Source of the DNA: Alkalispirochaeta sp.
GTDB lineage: Bacteria; Spirochaetota; Spirochaetia; DSM-27196; Alkalispirochaetaceae
Assembly: GCA_965242725.1 (NCBI GenBank)
Contig: CBDESZ010000018.1
Location: forward strand, 404,578 to 468,577
Direction: 5' to 3'
Length of the DNA: 64,000 nt
How positions within the stretch are numbered: the stretch's first letter is position 1; every line of letters starts with the position of its first letter. Under the pieces are notes generated by a model. That model saw only the letters and a program-made list of their open reading frames with translations, was not told the DNA's origin and made no database searches. The position numbers and the translations under genes were made by a program. Positions 40,066 through 50,070 of this stretch are shown one piece after another.

Positions 40066-42952
40066 TTATAACTTTCCCATCGCCCTGAGTATGCGTTCGG
40101 GGCTGAAGGGCCAATCTCTGATCCAGACGCCGACGGCGTCGTGAATAGCGTTTGCAATGGCGGGGGCGGCGCCGTTTACACTGATTTCCGATACCGATTT
40201 CGCCCCGAAAGGTCCGTAGGGATCGTTGGTGTCAATCAGGATCGCTTCAAAGACCTCCGGGATGTCCCCTATCATGGGCACTCCGTAACTCCTCAGGTCG
40301 GGATTGACGCACCGTCCCTGCTCGTCGAATATCATCTCTTCATAGAGAGCGTGTCCCATCGACTTCAGCACCGCCCCGTATATCTGTCCCAGGGCGTACT
40401 CGGGATTGATCGGCGTTCCCGCATCCTCTAGGGCGAAATACTTGTCCACCGTGACCTTCCCCGTCCGGGTATTGACCGAAACCTGAACAAAGTGCGCTCC
40501 ATAGGGAAAGGAAAATTTGTCGGATGTGAATGACGCGGACGCGATGAGCTGGCCCGAACCGTCACCACCCTGGGTATGCCATGCAAGCTTGCGATAGGTT
40601 ACTTCCCCCTTTTTTCCGCGGGCAATACCAGGAGCGACCAGTTCAATGTCACCGGGCCCTTCATTCAGGATCTCCGCCGCGGCTCTCCGTATCTTTTCCG
40701 CCATTTTCAACGCCGCGTTTCTCGCAGCCCCGCCGGAGAAGTACGTTCCCGACGATGCGTAGGCCCCCGTGTCAAAGGGCGCACTGTCGGTGTCGCCCGA
40801 TTGCACCGTCACCGTCTCCATATCACATTTCAGAACCTCTGCCGTCATTTTCGCGCTCACAAGGTCCAACCCCGTTCCCAGATCGGCACCGCCGGACTGC
40901 ACGAGAAACGAGCCGTCACCAAGCATTTTTACCGTAGCCGTGGCGTGGTCCAGACCAGGCAGGCCGGAGCCCTGCTGCACCGTGGCGACTCCTTTACCTA
41001 TCCGAATGTAAGGTTTCTTTGCCGACTCCGCCGGAACAGCACCCTTGCCCCACTCGATCAATCTGGCGCCCTCCTCCAGGGCCGGTCCCAGGCCGCAGGT
41101 GACGGCGGGCGCGGCGGCGCCCTCCCGCCCTTCACCGAGAATTTTCAGGATCTCCAGCATTGTCCCTTCGGTTACACGGTTTTTCTCAATCAATTGGAGG
41201 TGGTCTATTCCCAGTTCCACCGCCAGTTCCTTCACGGCCATCTGGAGGGCGTAGTTCGCCTTTGGGGCGCCGTATCCCTGATACGCTCCCGTGGGAGGAC
41301 GGTTTGAATAGTAGGCCACCACCTCAAATGCGGCGTTCTCGCACGGGAAGAGGGGAAGGCTCTTGGAGACACCGTTCATCGGAACGGTAAGCGCGTGCCC
41401 GCCGTAGGCGCCCTGATTGGACTCGACCTTCATGAATATCGTGGTGATCGTCCCATCACGCCGGGCGCCGATTCTGACGGTGATCCGCATCGGCTTGCGG
41501 GAGGAGTTGGCTATAAACTCTTCCTCCCGAGTGTACTGCTGAAAGACGGATCGCCCCGTCTGCCAGGCACAGAAGGCAACGAGATCCTCAATGGTGACAT
41601 CCTGTTTGGAACCGTAGCCGCCACCGACCCGCTCCTTGATGACACGAACACGGTTTTCCGGAATATCGAGAAGGGTGGCGACGATACGTCTCAGGTGATA
41701 GGGCACCTGTGTCGAGGCGTGGAGAATCAGACGGTCCCCTTCGACTTTTGCGTAACACGTGTGTTTTTTCAAGAGGGGTGCATTGGATCTGGGTTGTCCT
41801 GTACGTCCGCTCTATGACCACATCGGCCTCGGCAAAGCCGCGATCGACGTCGCCGATTCCCCCCGATACCGAAGCGGCGATATTCCTGCGCGGATTGCCG
41901 CCGATGGGAAACTGGTAGACCACCGGCTCTTCCCGGGGATCGGCCTCTTCGTTTAACGCCGTGAGATTATCAGGCGCTCCGTCGACATATTCAATGCGTC
42001 CACCGTGTATCCGCGGCGCATCCGGTGCCGCGGCGGCGTCCCAATCCAGGATGACCGGCAACAGCTCGTACCGGACATCGATCAGCTTCAGCGCCGCATC
42101 GGCGGCGGTTTCAGTCTCCGCAACGACGGCGGCCACACGGTCCCCGACGTGGCGCACTTTCCGGGAGAGGAGCATGCGGTCATACGGTGACGGTTCGGGG
42201 AAGCCCTGCCCCGCCTGGCTGTATACCCTCTGGGGTACGTCTTCGTGGGTGAATATCGCGACTACTCCGTCCACCTTACGCGCCCGGGTCGCATCGATGG
42301 ACCGAATCCATGCGTGGGCGTGGGGACTGCGCAATACCTTGAGAACGCAACTGCCCTGCTCTACACGGTCTTCTACGTAGACCTTCTCGCCGGCAACCAT
42401 TCGGATGGAGTCCTTTTTCGGGGACGGCTTTCCCACAACCGTGTAGTCCGGCCCGAAGGATGGTATCGCCGAGTTTGCCCCGGCGGCCGGGTCTTTCAGA
42501 CGCTCCGCGGCAAGGGCGACCGCATCAAAGAACTGACGGTAGCCGGTGGCGCGGTTGAAGAGGGGCGAAAGAGCGTCTACCACGGCCGCGCGATCGGGGT
42601 TCGGGTTGCGGCGCAACAGATCGTGGATCATCAGCGCCGCGGCGGGAGCGTTGTATCCGGACTGGACACACCCCGCTTCAACAAGCGCCTGTTGAACGAC
42701 GCCAAGATTGCGGCCCTCTCTGAGATACTCAACCGTCTTGACGTCCCGCCCTTCCAGCTGTGCCGCCAGTAGAAGGTTTGCCCCGACGATCCTGTCGTCA
42801 AGGAGAATCGTATCGGACCCGGCAAAACCGAATCCGTCGTCGGAATTGCGGACTGAAGGAATGCCGTTACGCTGCAGGAATGGTTGCGCCTTTTCACCGG
42901 CGTCGCCGTGGAAGGTCACCGGGCGTCCGTTGAGGATGAAGGATATCTTCAT
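40066..42952 (-). CDS. xdhD: XdhD-like molybdopterin oxidoreductase (one apparent frameshift at 41764-41769)
   Basis: N-terminus SVRNSDDGFGFAGSD and VQSGYN match E. coli XdhD as I recall it; GGGYGSK, AYQGYGAPK, GAKSVSE. The two ORFs join if one A is removed. Confidence 0.88.
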
Positions 42953-43782
42953 GACAGCACCTCCTCGATACAGCGCTGAACGCAGTCGGCGACAACCACC
43001 GAGTTTACATACCGTTTGTACTCGACGCTTCCGAGAAAATCCCCTTCCGGTCGGATAGCCCCGGCAATGAGCTCCTCCACCCGTCTGATCGCCCCGGAAC
43101 GGTCCCGGGCCTCAGGGTCAACGGTTTTCAGGTACTCCTCAACGGCCGGTAACCGGACCGGCCTGGGCGCGACGCATCCGAGGGCCACCCGTGCCGCAAC
43201 GATTGTATTTCCTTCGTTCTCCACTCTCACCGCGCCGCTCACCACCGGCAGGGCGATATGGGAACGGGATTCCTTGACCGCTCGACACACACCACGTACG
43301 GGAGGTACGACGACACGGAGAATCAGCGCATCATGGTCACCGGAGACATATTCTTCCACGGGCATACTCCCCTCGGACGTCTCCGCAACGGCGTCCAGTG
43401 CGAGTAGAACGGGAATGATATAGGAATCGCTTCGTTTTGCGCCGATATTGCCGCCGATGGTCGCGATATTCCGTACACTTCTGGTGGGAATGAATGATGC
43501 CGCATCACAGAGTGAGCGCGGTATCTCGCCGTTGTCTGCAAGCTCCTGCAAGGTTGTACCGGCACCGATGATCCACCGTCCGTCACCGGCGGCGTCAAAT
43601 GAAATACCCGAGAGGTCCAGGGCGTCCAGGGAGGCTATCCTGATGTGATCCTGACCGCTCGTTTGAAGCCGGCGGGCACCGGCGTTATTGATCTGGGTAC
43701 CCCCGGCGAGGAATACAAATCCATCCCCTTTGAGGGCCACCGCCTCGGCAACATTCCGGGGTCTCCTGTACTCGGTAATCAT
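42949..43782 (-). CDS. ygfM: FAD-binding subunit YgfM
   Basis: MITEYRRP, LAGGT, RNIATIGGN; overlaps the xdhD start. Confidence 0.8.
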   Translation of the reverse strand: MITEYRRPRNVAEAVALKGDGFVFLAGGTQINNAGARRLQTSGQDHIRIASLDALDLSGISFDAAGDGRWIIGAGTTLQELADNGEIPRSLCDAASFIPTRSVRNIATIGGNIGAKRSDSYIIPVLLALDAVAETSEGSMPVEEYVSGDHDALILRVVVPPVRGVCRAVKESRSHIALPVVSGAVRVENEGNTIVAARVALGCVAPRPVRLPAVEEYLKTVDPEARDRSGAIRRVEELIAGAIRPEGDFLGSVEYKRYVNSVVVADCVQRCIEEVLS

Positions 43783-43804
43783 CGTCTCCTCCTGCGGATA
43801 CGCT

Positions 43805-45271
43805 CTATGTCGCGTACCTCACAACCATTTCATTGAATTCAATGATAAGCCGGTCGATCTCGGGACGGAGTGCGTAGAGGCGCTCCCAATAGTCCCGGTC
43901 GTACCACTGGGCCTGAATTTCCTGATAGCTCTTTCCCTGCTGTTCAACCCACGTGTAGTACTTCAGATTATGAATGCGTTTCCGGTCTTCGTAGCGCAGT
44001 TCCAGAAGTGCGTCGGTGCCCAGTTGTCGCAGTATTTCGTAGTCGCCGACGGCGTCATCCCTTGTGTACGCCCCCCGTTCGGCGCGAAGTTCCTCCAGGC
44101 GCGATGTGTACAGTTCTTCCGAATCGGTGAAAACGGTCATTACCACGTCGTTTTCGGTAAGTTCATAATAGCGCGCAAATTTCGCCGCCGTGATGATGTT
44201 GCAAATGCTGCTGATCCCCAGAAGATCGAGGCTGTCGACGACGGAGGGATCGACGCCACGCTCCACAAGCAGCTCCCGTCCGACCGGTTCGTTGAAGAGC
44301 CGAAAGAGACGCATCGTATGTTCGTCATCCACGGCGACGACCATGTCCGTGTTTTTGACGTTGTGAATCCACGGGACGTGCTTGTCGCCGATTCCTTCTA
44401 TGCGATGACCCCCGAATCCGTTTGAAAGGAGGGTGGGACACTGTCTCGCTTCGGAAACGGCAAGTTTTGCGTGGGGAAACTTCGATTTCAGATACTCCCC
44501 TGAAGCGATCGTCCCCGCCGAGCCGGAAGAGATACAGGTGCCGGCAAAATTCCCCTTCGGCCCCAGTTCACGACGGAGCACTTTCTCCATGGCGGGGCCG
44601 GTGACCTCGTGGTGCCAGAGGTGGTTTCCCATCTGTTCAAACTGGTTGAAGATAAAAATCTCATTGCCCCGCTCGGCGTTGAGCTCATGACACTTGTCGA
44701 ATATTTCCTTTACGTTGCTCTCGCACCCGGGCGTCGCGATCGTCTCATCCGCCATCGATTCCAGCCACCGAAATCGCTCCTGAGACATTTCCTCCGGCAG
44801 AATCGCTATCGATTTGCACGAAAGAAGCCGGGAAATGTAGGCACCGCCGCGGCAGTAATTTCCCGTGGACGGCCATACTGCGCTGTTTTTTTCCGGATCG
44901 AACTGTCCGGTCACCAGGGCCGGTGCAATACAGCTGTAGGAGGCGCCGACTTTATGGGCTCCCGTGGGGAACCATTTACCCACCAGACCGATAATCCGCG
45001 CGGGGACTCCCGACAGAGCCGGGGGGATCTCGAGGTAATTGACCCCGGAAAAGCCGCCTCCCGTCTCGACAGGTTCATTTTCCCAGGTGACGCGGAAAAG
45101 ATTGCGGGAGTGAACGTCGTTTCGACCGACTCGTCTCAATTCTGTCACGATTTCGGGCGGCACCGTCTCGGGATTCACCATGTTTTCGTAGGTCGGCAGG
45201 ATAATACCCTGTCGGGCGCAGAGCCGGGCGTTTCGCTGTACCTGTTCTTCGTTTCGGGATAGGTCAATCAT
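43805..45271 (-). CDS. PLP-dependent fold-type II enzyme of unknown substrate (488 aa)
   Basis: FPTGAHKVG (PLP lysine), STGNY, GSAGT loop, HRIEGIG. Confidence 0.8.
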   Translation of the reverse strand: MIDLSRNEEQVQRNARLCARQGIILPTYENMVNPETVPPEIVTELRRVGRNDVHSRNLFRVTWENEPVETGGGFSGVNYLEIPPALSGVPARIIGLVGKWFPTGAHKVGASYSCIAPALVTGQFDPEKNSAVWPSTGNYCRGGAYISRLLSCKSIAILPEEMSQERFRWLESMADETIATPGCESNVKEIFDKCHELNAERGNEIFIFNQFEQMGNHLWHHEVTGPAMEKVLRRELGPKGNFAGTCISSGSAGTIASGEYLKSKFPHAKLAVSEARQCPTLLSNGFGGHRIEGIGDKHVPWIHNVKNTDMVVAVDDEHTMRLFRLFNEPVGRELLVERGVDPSVVDSLDLLGISSICNIITAAKFARYYELTENDVVMTVFTDSEELYTSRLEELRAERGAYTRDDAVGDYEILRQLGTDALLELRYEDRKRIHNLKYYTWVEQQGKSYQEIQAQWYDRDYWERLYALRPEIDRLIIEFNEMVVRYAT

Positions 45272-46268
45272 CCTTTTTCTTTCCTTTCGCGGACTTTTTC
45301 GCCTGAGCGGCGATCATTTCAAGGAACACCCTGAGACTGTTCCGTGCGACCGCCGTCCGGTACGCCGCCGTGGATCGTTGATCATCGATCGGTTGAATCG
45401 CCTCTTCCACCATGTGGTGAGTGTCAATTTCTTCCCATATCTCCGGAATTCGCCCAACCCGCCGGCGGGAGATTTTCGCTTCAATCTCCGTCAGTCGGAT
45501 CACCGTGGGTGCCACCGCGCCCAGGGCGAAGCGGAAATCCCGTACCCGGCCGTCGTGAATAACGGCGTATCCCGCGGCCGAAATCTTGGAAAGGGCGTTT
45601 GCCTTGCGGGTCCCGACCTTCCGGTAGTAGCGTATTCCTCCATTCAGGAGCGGAATGTGAACGGCCGTCACGATTTCGTCTTCCGCCAGGGCAGTCTTTC
45701 CCGGACCAGGAAGAAAACGGGATATGGGGAGACGTCGACGCCGAATATCACCGACGCCGACGGCCCCGCCGGCAACACCATCTTCCACCTGCTCGCCGCT
45801 CCCCGGTAATCGTGCGACTTCGATTTCCGCATCATGGACGTACAGCGGCGGTAAGGTATCTCCCGCGGGAGAGGCATTACAGATATTTCCCGCGACGGTC
45901 CCCTGATTGCGTATTCCCGGTGCGGCAATTAGCTGAATCGCCTCCCGCAGGAGCGGAGGCAAATCGGGATGGTCCAGCGCGGCGGAATAGGACACGCCGG
46001 CACCGATGATGATCGCGCCGCGGTCTCCTTTCGCGGAGACTTCCGATACGATTGTCTGCAGCTCCTCCACGCGGTCCAGGAGGAGAAGGGGTCCCTCAAA
46101 GCGCGGAGGAGTCCCGGAGTAGCGGCGGTGTCGCACCATGAGGTCCGTCCCGCCCATAAACGGGAGGGCTCCCGTTTCTCGTCGATACGCCAGCGCTTCC
46201 ACAAGTGTCTGCGGCCTGAAGACGATGGTCGGCAAAGACCGGGGCACACCGGCTCCACGCCTCACCAT
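45264..46268 (-). CDS. Xanthine dehydrogenase family FAD subunit
   Basis: GGTDL, IRNQGTVAGNICNASPAGD, IDDQRSTAAYR. Confidence 0.88.
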   Translation of the reverse strand: MVRRGAGVPRSLPTIVFRPQTLVEALAYRRETGALPFMGGTDLMVRHRRYSGTPPRFEGPLLLLDRVEELQTIVSEVSAKGDRGAIIIGAGVSYSAALDHPDLPPLLREAIQLIAAPGIRNQGTVAGNICNASPAGDTLPPLYVHDAEIEVARLPGSGEQVEDGVAGGAVGVGDIRRRRLPISRFLPGPGKTALAEDEIVTAVHIPLLNGGIRYYRKVGTRKANALSKISAAGYAVIHDGRVRDFRFALGAVAPTVIRLTEIEAKISRRRVGRIPEIWEEIDTHHMVEEAIQPIDDQRSTAAYRTAVARNSLRVFLEMIAAQAKKSAKGKKKDD

Positions 46269-46747
46269 TGATCATCCTCCGTATTGCCTTCCAACCGTCC
46301 CGCTGCCGCCAGGATCGCCTGGACGATCATGTCATATCCGGTGCAGCGGCAGAGGTTTCCCGAAATGGCCATGCGGATCTCTTCTTCCCGGGGTCGCGGG
46401 ATGCGTGCCAGGAGATCCACTGCGGCGACAATCATCCCGGGAGTACAGAACCCGCACTGGACGCCGTGAAACTCCGCAAAGGCTTCGGTCAGCACACGTC
46501 CCGTTTCCGTTTCCTTTACGTATTCGATGGTGCGCACCTCACCACCGTCGGCAGTGATGAGGGGAACGAGGCAGCTGTTTACCAGACGGCCGTTGAGAAA
46601 GACGGTGCAGGCACCACACTCACCTTCTCCGCATCCTTCCTTTGTTCCCGTAAGGCCGCACCGGTCACGCAGGACGTCCACGAGGCGGCTCATGGGATCC
46701 ATTTCAATGCGGTGTTCCACGCCGTTCACGGTAATGGTACAGCTCAT
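46262..46747 (-). CDS. Xanthine dehydrogenase family 2x[2Fe-2S] subunit
   Basis: GCGEGECGAC..NSC, QCGFC, CRC. Confidence 0.92.
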   Translation of the reverse strand: MSCTITVNGVEHRIEMDPMSRLVDVLRDRCGLTGTKEGCGEGECGACTVFLNGRLVNSCLVPLITADGGEVRTIEYVKETETGRVLTEAFAEFHGVQCGFCTPGMIVAAVDLLARIPRPREEEIRMAISGNLCRCTGYDMIVQAILAAAGRLEGNTEDDQW

Positions 46748-48924
46748 TTCATGATCTCCGCGATTCGCTCGGGGGTGAGCGGAATGGTATCGCAGGAACG
46801 TCCGAGGGCGTGCTGCACTGCCGCGCAAAACGCGGCGTGTCCGCCGTCGTGAACCATTTCACCCATCCCCTTCGCCCCGAAGGGCCCGAACTCATAGGGG
46901 TTGAGGAGGACCTCACCGGTGGTCGCGGGAAAATCAAGACTGGTGGCGATGATGTAGTCCGCCATCGTCCGCTGCCGGAAAACTCCCCTGCCATCCACAT
47001 CAAGATTCTCCAGGGAAGCGTATCCGAGCGCCTGACTCATGCCGCCCTGAATCTGTCCCAGAACGACCCGCTCATCGATGGGCACCCCCACATCGTATAC
47101 GCCCCACGCGCCGACGACGGCGGGTTCCCAGCTGACGGGATCGATGGAGACTTCCACAACGTTTACCCCCCAACCGTATGCGGGGTAGGCATCGCCGGTG
47201 AGGGATGCCTGATCCCACACCATACCGGGAGGCATGCGGTAATCCTTCGTTACCGTCTGTTCGACGCCGCTCCGCCACGTCCTTTTCAGCTCCCGAGCCG
47301 CTTCCTGCAGAAGGTAGCCGACGACCATCATCGTCCGGCTCGCGACGGTAGGTCCGGAGTCGGGGACGCGATCGGTATCGGGATTGTCGTATCCTATTTC
47401 CTCGGGAGGAATGCCGAGTATCGCCCCGACGATCTTGGGAAAGGTGGTCTGTGGTCCCTGCCCCATATCCATGTTGGCAACGAGTATTTCCACGTGATCG
47501 GCGGCGTCTTTTCGCAGCGACGCCCTGGCCTTGATGATGCGCTGTTCTCCGTCACCGGTGAATCCGCATCCGTGGTTGAAAACGGCGATTCCGATTCCTC
47601 TGCCTCTCGTGGGGCCGTAGGACGTATATTTCTCATCGAAGTCGGACAGTTCCACCGCCCGATCGATGAGATCCTCCATAATCACGGGCTCCCTGATGGT
47701 ACCGCCGGTGATGGTGGGGTCACCTTTTCTGAGGAGGTACTCGCGACGCAGATCCACCGGAGATCGGCCGTACTCCCGGGCGACACGTTCCATATGCATT
47801 TCAAGGGCGAAAATCGCCTGGGGCGCACCAAACCCGCGAAAGGCTCCGGAGGGAACGGTGCTGGTCGCAATCGCCCTGCCCCGGACGCGCACGTTGGGGA
47901 AGTTGTACGCTCCGTTTGAGGTAAAAAGGGCGCGCTGGAGCACGATGGCGGAGTAACTCTCGTAGGCGCCGCCGTTGAGAATCATGTCGTAGTCGACACC
48001 GATAATCCTGCCATCGCCGTCGTGGGCGGTTCGTACCGTTGTGCGCGAGGGGTGACGTTTGGAGGTAAATGAAAGATCTTCCCCCCGGTCGAATATCATT
48101 CGCAGGGGTCTGCCGATCTTCACCGCCGCGACCGCGAGGGGCGCCGCCATGATTTCCGGATAGTCCTCCTTCCCTCCGAAGGCACCTCCCGTCGTCGCCT
48201 GAATGACCCTGACCGCGTAGGAAGGCCCGAGCGTCTCTTCCACCGCGTGTTTCACATAGTAGGGACATTGCAGCGACCCGTGGATGACGACCTTGCCGGG
48301 CCGATGTGCGTCCGCATCCGTCCCGTCGCCCCCCTCCAGCCATGCGACGATCCCCTGGGGTTCCATGTACAGCTGTTCCTGAAATCCCGTGGAATACGTA
48401 CCTTCGATGATGCGCGCCGCTCCCGCGAAGGCCGCCTCCGGGTCACCCCTGGACAGGGTGATGTCGGCGTAAAGATTATCAGCGCCATGGATGGCCCCTC
48501 CGACACAGGCGAGCCCCTCATCGATCGTTGTCGCCGGTGTACCTTCATCGCATTCAAGGGACATTGCCCGGATGATCTCATCCACAACGACCGGGTCGGG
48601 ACCGGCAACGACGGCGACGATCTGCCCGAGGTAGCGTATCTCCCGGTCCGCAAATGCGGGCCAGTCGGTGGTGATGAGGGCGATATGGTTGTTCCCCGGG
48701 ACGTCCCGGTGGTCGACGACGAAGTAGCCGGCGGGCAGCTCCGGTATCCGGAGCGCAGAAATGCGCCCCCGCGCTACCGGTGCGCGAAAAAAACGCGCCG
48801 TCAACGTCTCTTCGTGGGGAATGTCGGCGATGTAACGAGCCTCCCCTGACGCCTTCTCCCTGCCGTCGCGGCGGGGTATCGAGCGGGAAATGGAGGGAGA
48901 ATCGGGCGTGCCGTCACGAACCAT
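46744..48924 (-). CDS. Xanthine dehydrogenase family Mo-binding subunit
   Basis: GGAFGGK, AFRGFG, DMGQG, GAKGMGE; AAGGAG RBS supports ATG at 48924. Confidence 0.9.
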   Translation of the reverse strand: MVRDGTPDSPSISRSIPRRDGREKASGEARYIADIPHEETLTARFFRAPVARGRISALRIPELPAGYFVVDHRDVPGNNHIALITTDWPAFADREIRYLGQIVAVVAGPDPVVVDEIIRAMSLECDEGTPATTIDEGLACVGGAIHGADNLYADITLSRGDPEAAFAGAARIIEGTYSTGFQEQLYMEPQGIVAWLEGGDGTDADAHRPGKVVIHGSLQCPYYVKHAVEETLGPSYAVRVIQATTGGAFGGKEDYPEIMAAPLAVAAVKIGRPLRMIFDRGEDLSFTSKRHPSRTTVRTAHDGDGRIIGVDYDMILNGGAYESYSAIVLQRALFTSNGAYNFPNVRVRGRAIATSTVPSGAFRGFGAPQAIFALEMHMERVAREYGRSPVDLRREYLLRKGDPTITGGTIREPVIMEDLIDRAVELSDFDEKYTSYGPTRGRGIGIAVFNHGCGFTGDGEQRIIKARASLRKDAADHVEILVANMDMGQGPQTTFPKIVGAILGIPPEEIGYDNPDTDRVPDSGPTVASRTMMVVGYLLQEAARELKRTWRSGVEQTVTKDYRMPPGMVWDQASLTGDAYPAYGWGVNVVEVSIDPVSWEPAVVGAWGVYDVGVPIDERVVLGQIQGGMSQALGYASLENLDVDGRGVFRQRTMADYIIATSLDFPATTGEVLLNPYEFGPFGAKGMGEMVHDGGHAAFCAAVQHALGRSCDTIPLTPERIAEIMK

Positions 48925-50068
48925 GCCGTTCAACTCCTTTTCGGGCGCTATCCGTGTCCTTGAGGCCGTTGCCGGTAACGAGCACCACCACAACATCATC
49001 GGGTGAAAGGGAATCGGAGATCTCCCGGCATCCCGCCCACGCCGCCGCCGCGGCGGGTTCCGCAAAGAGCCCCGCCAACGACGAAAGTTCGTACTGGGCG
49101 GCGAGAATCGCGTCGTCGGGGACGGTAACGACCCTTCCGCCGTGTCGTCGCAGCCGGTCCAGCGCGAAATATCCGCCGCTGGGAACGGCGACGGAAATGG
49201 AGTCCGCCAGCGTCGTCGACGGCCGGGGGGACCGGAAATCGCCGTTCCGGAACGCCCGTGCGATGGCGGAGGACCCTTCGGACTGTACCGCCACGACCGT
49301 CGGGACCCGATCGGCCTTGCCCATCGCGACGAGGTCCTCAAAACCCTTGAAGACACCGCTGATAATGACCCCGTCGCCGGTGGGGACAAAGACGTAGTCC
49401 GGCACACGCCCGCCAAGTTGCCGGAAAATCTCCAGGGAGACGGTCTTTTTCCCCTCCACGGTGAGCGGATTGTGTCCGGTGTTGCGGGAAAGCCCGCCGT
49501 GGGATCTGAGATAATCCATGGACTGGTCGACCGCATCGTCGTAGGTCCCGTCCACGCGGACGACGTCTGCACCGTACTGGAGGGATTGCACAATCTTTGC
49601 GGCAGGCGCCGCCGCCGGCAGAAAGAGCCGGACCTTGAGGCCGGCGGCGGCGCCGACCCCCGCCATGGAGCTCCCCGCGTTTCCGGTCGAGGAGAGAACG
49701 ATCCGATCGATTCCCTCCCGTCGTGCAAAGGCGGCGACGAGATAACTTGCCCGGTCCTTCAGGGAGCCCGTTGGATTGGTCGAATCGTCCTTGATAAAGA
49801 GGTTGTCCAGCCCGGTCGCTTCCCGGAGGCGCACCGGTGTCCAGAGCGGTGTATTTCCTACCGGAATCGGAGGAAACCACTCCCGTTCCACCGGCAGCCA
49901 GTCGTAGACCGTCCAGTTATCAGGGATGCTCCCCGCGAGGGAAACCTCAAGCATTCCCTTCAATGGAAGGTCGGGTTGCTGATGGGCTCCGCAGTCATCA
50001 CAGAGTAATCGATTCGGTGTGATGGGATAGTCCCTTCCGCATTCAATGCACCGATACCGATATTCCAT
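48914..50068 (-). CDS. Threonine synthase-like PLP enzyme
   Basis: CxxC..CxxC N-terminus, GNTPL, NPTGSLKDR, SSTGNAG, PTGDG, TGNGLKD. Confidence 0.85.
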   Translation of the reverse strand: MEYRYRCIECGRDYPITPNRLLCDDCGAHQQPDLPLKGMLEVSLAGSIPDNWTVYDWLPVEREWFPPIPVGNTPLWTPVRLREATGLDNLFIKDDSTNPTGSLKDRASYLVAAFARREGIDRIVLSSTGNAGSSMAGVGAAAGLKVRLFLPAAAPAAKIVQSLQYGADVVRVDGTYDDAVDQSMDYLRSHGGLSRNTGHNPLTVEGKKTVSLEIFRQLGGRVPDYVFVPTGDGVIISGVFKGFEDLVAMGKADRVPTVVAVQSEGSSAIARAFRNGDFRSPRPSTTLADSISVAVPSGGYFALDRLRRHGGRVVTVPDDAILAAQYELSSLAGLFAEPAAAAAWAGCREISDSLSPDDVVVVLVTGNGLKDTDSARKGVERHGS

Positions 50069-50070
50069 CA

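Noticed and set aside
48925..49728. N-terminal extension making the Mo subunit 994 aa
   Set aside because: It overlaps the PLP gene in another frame, and a good RBS and ATG sit at 48924.
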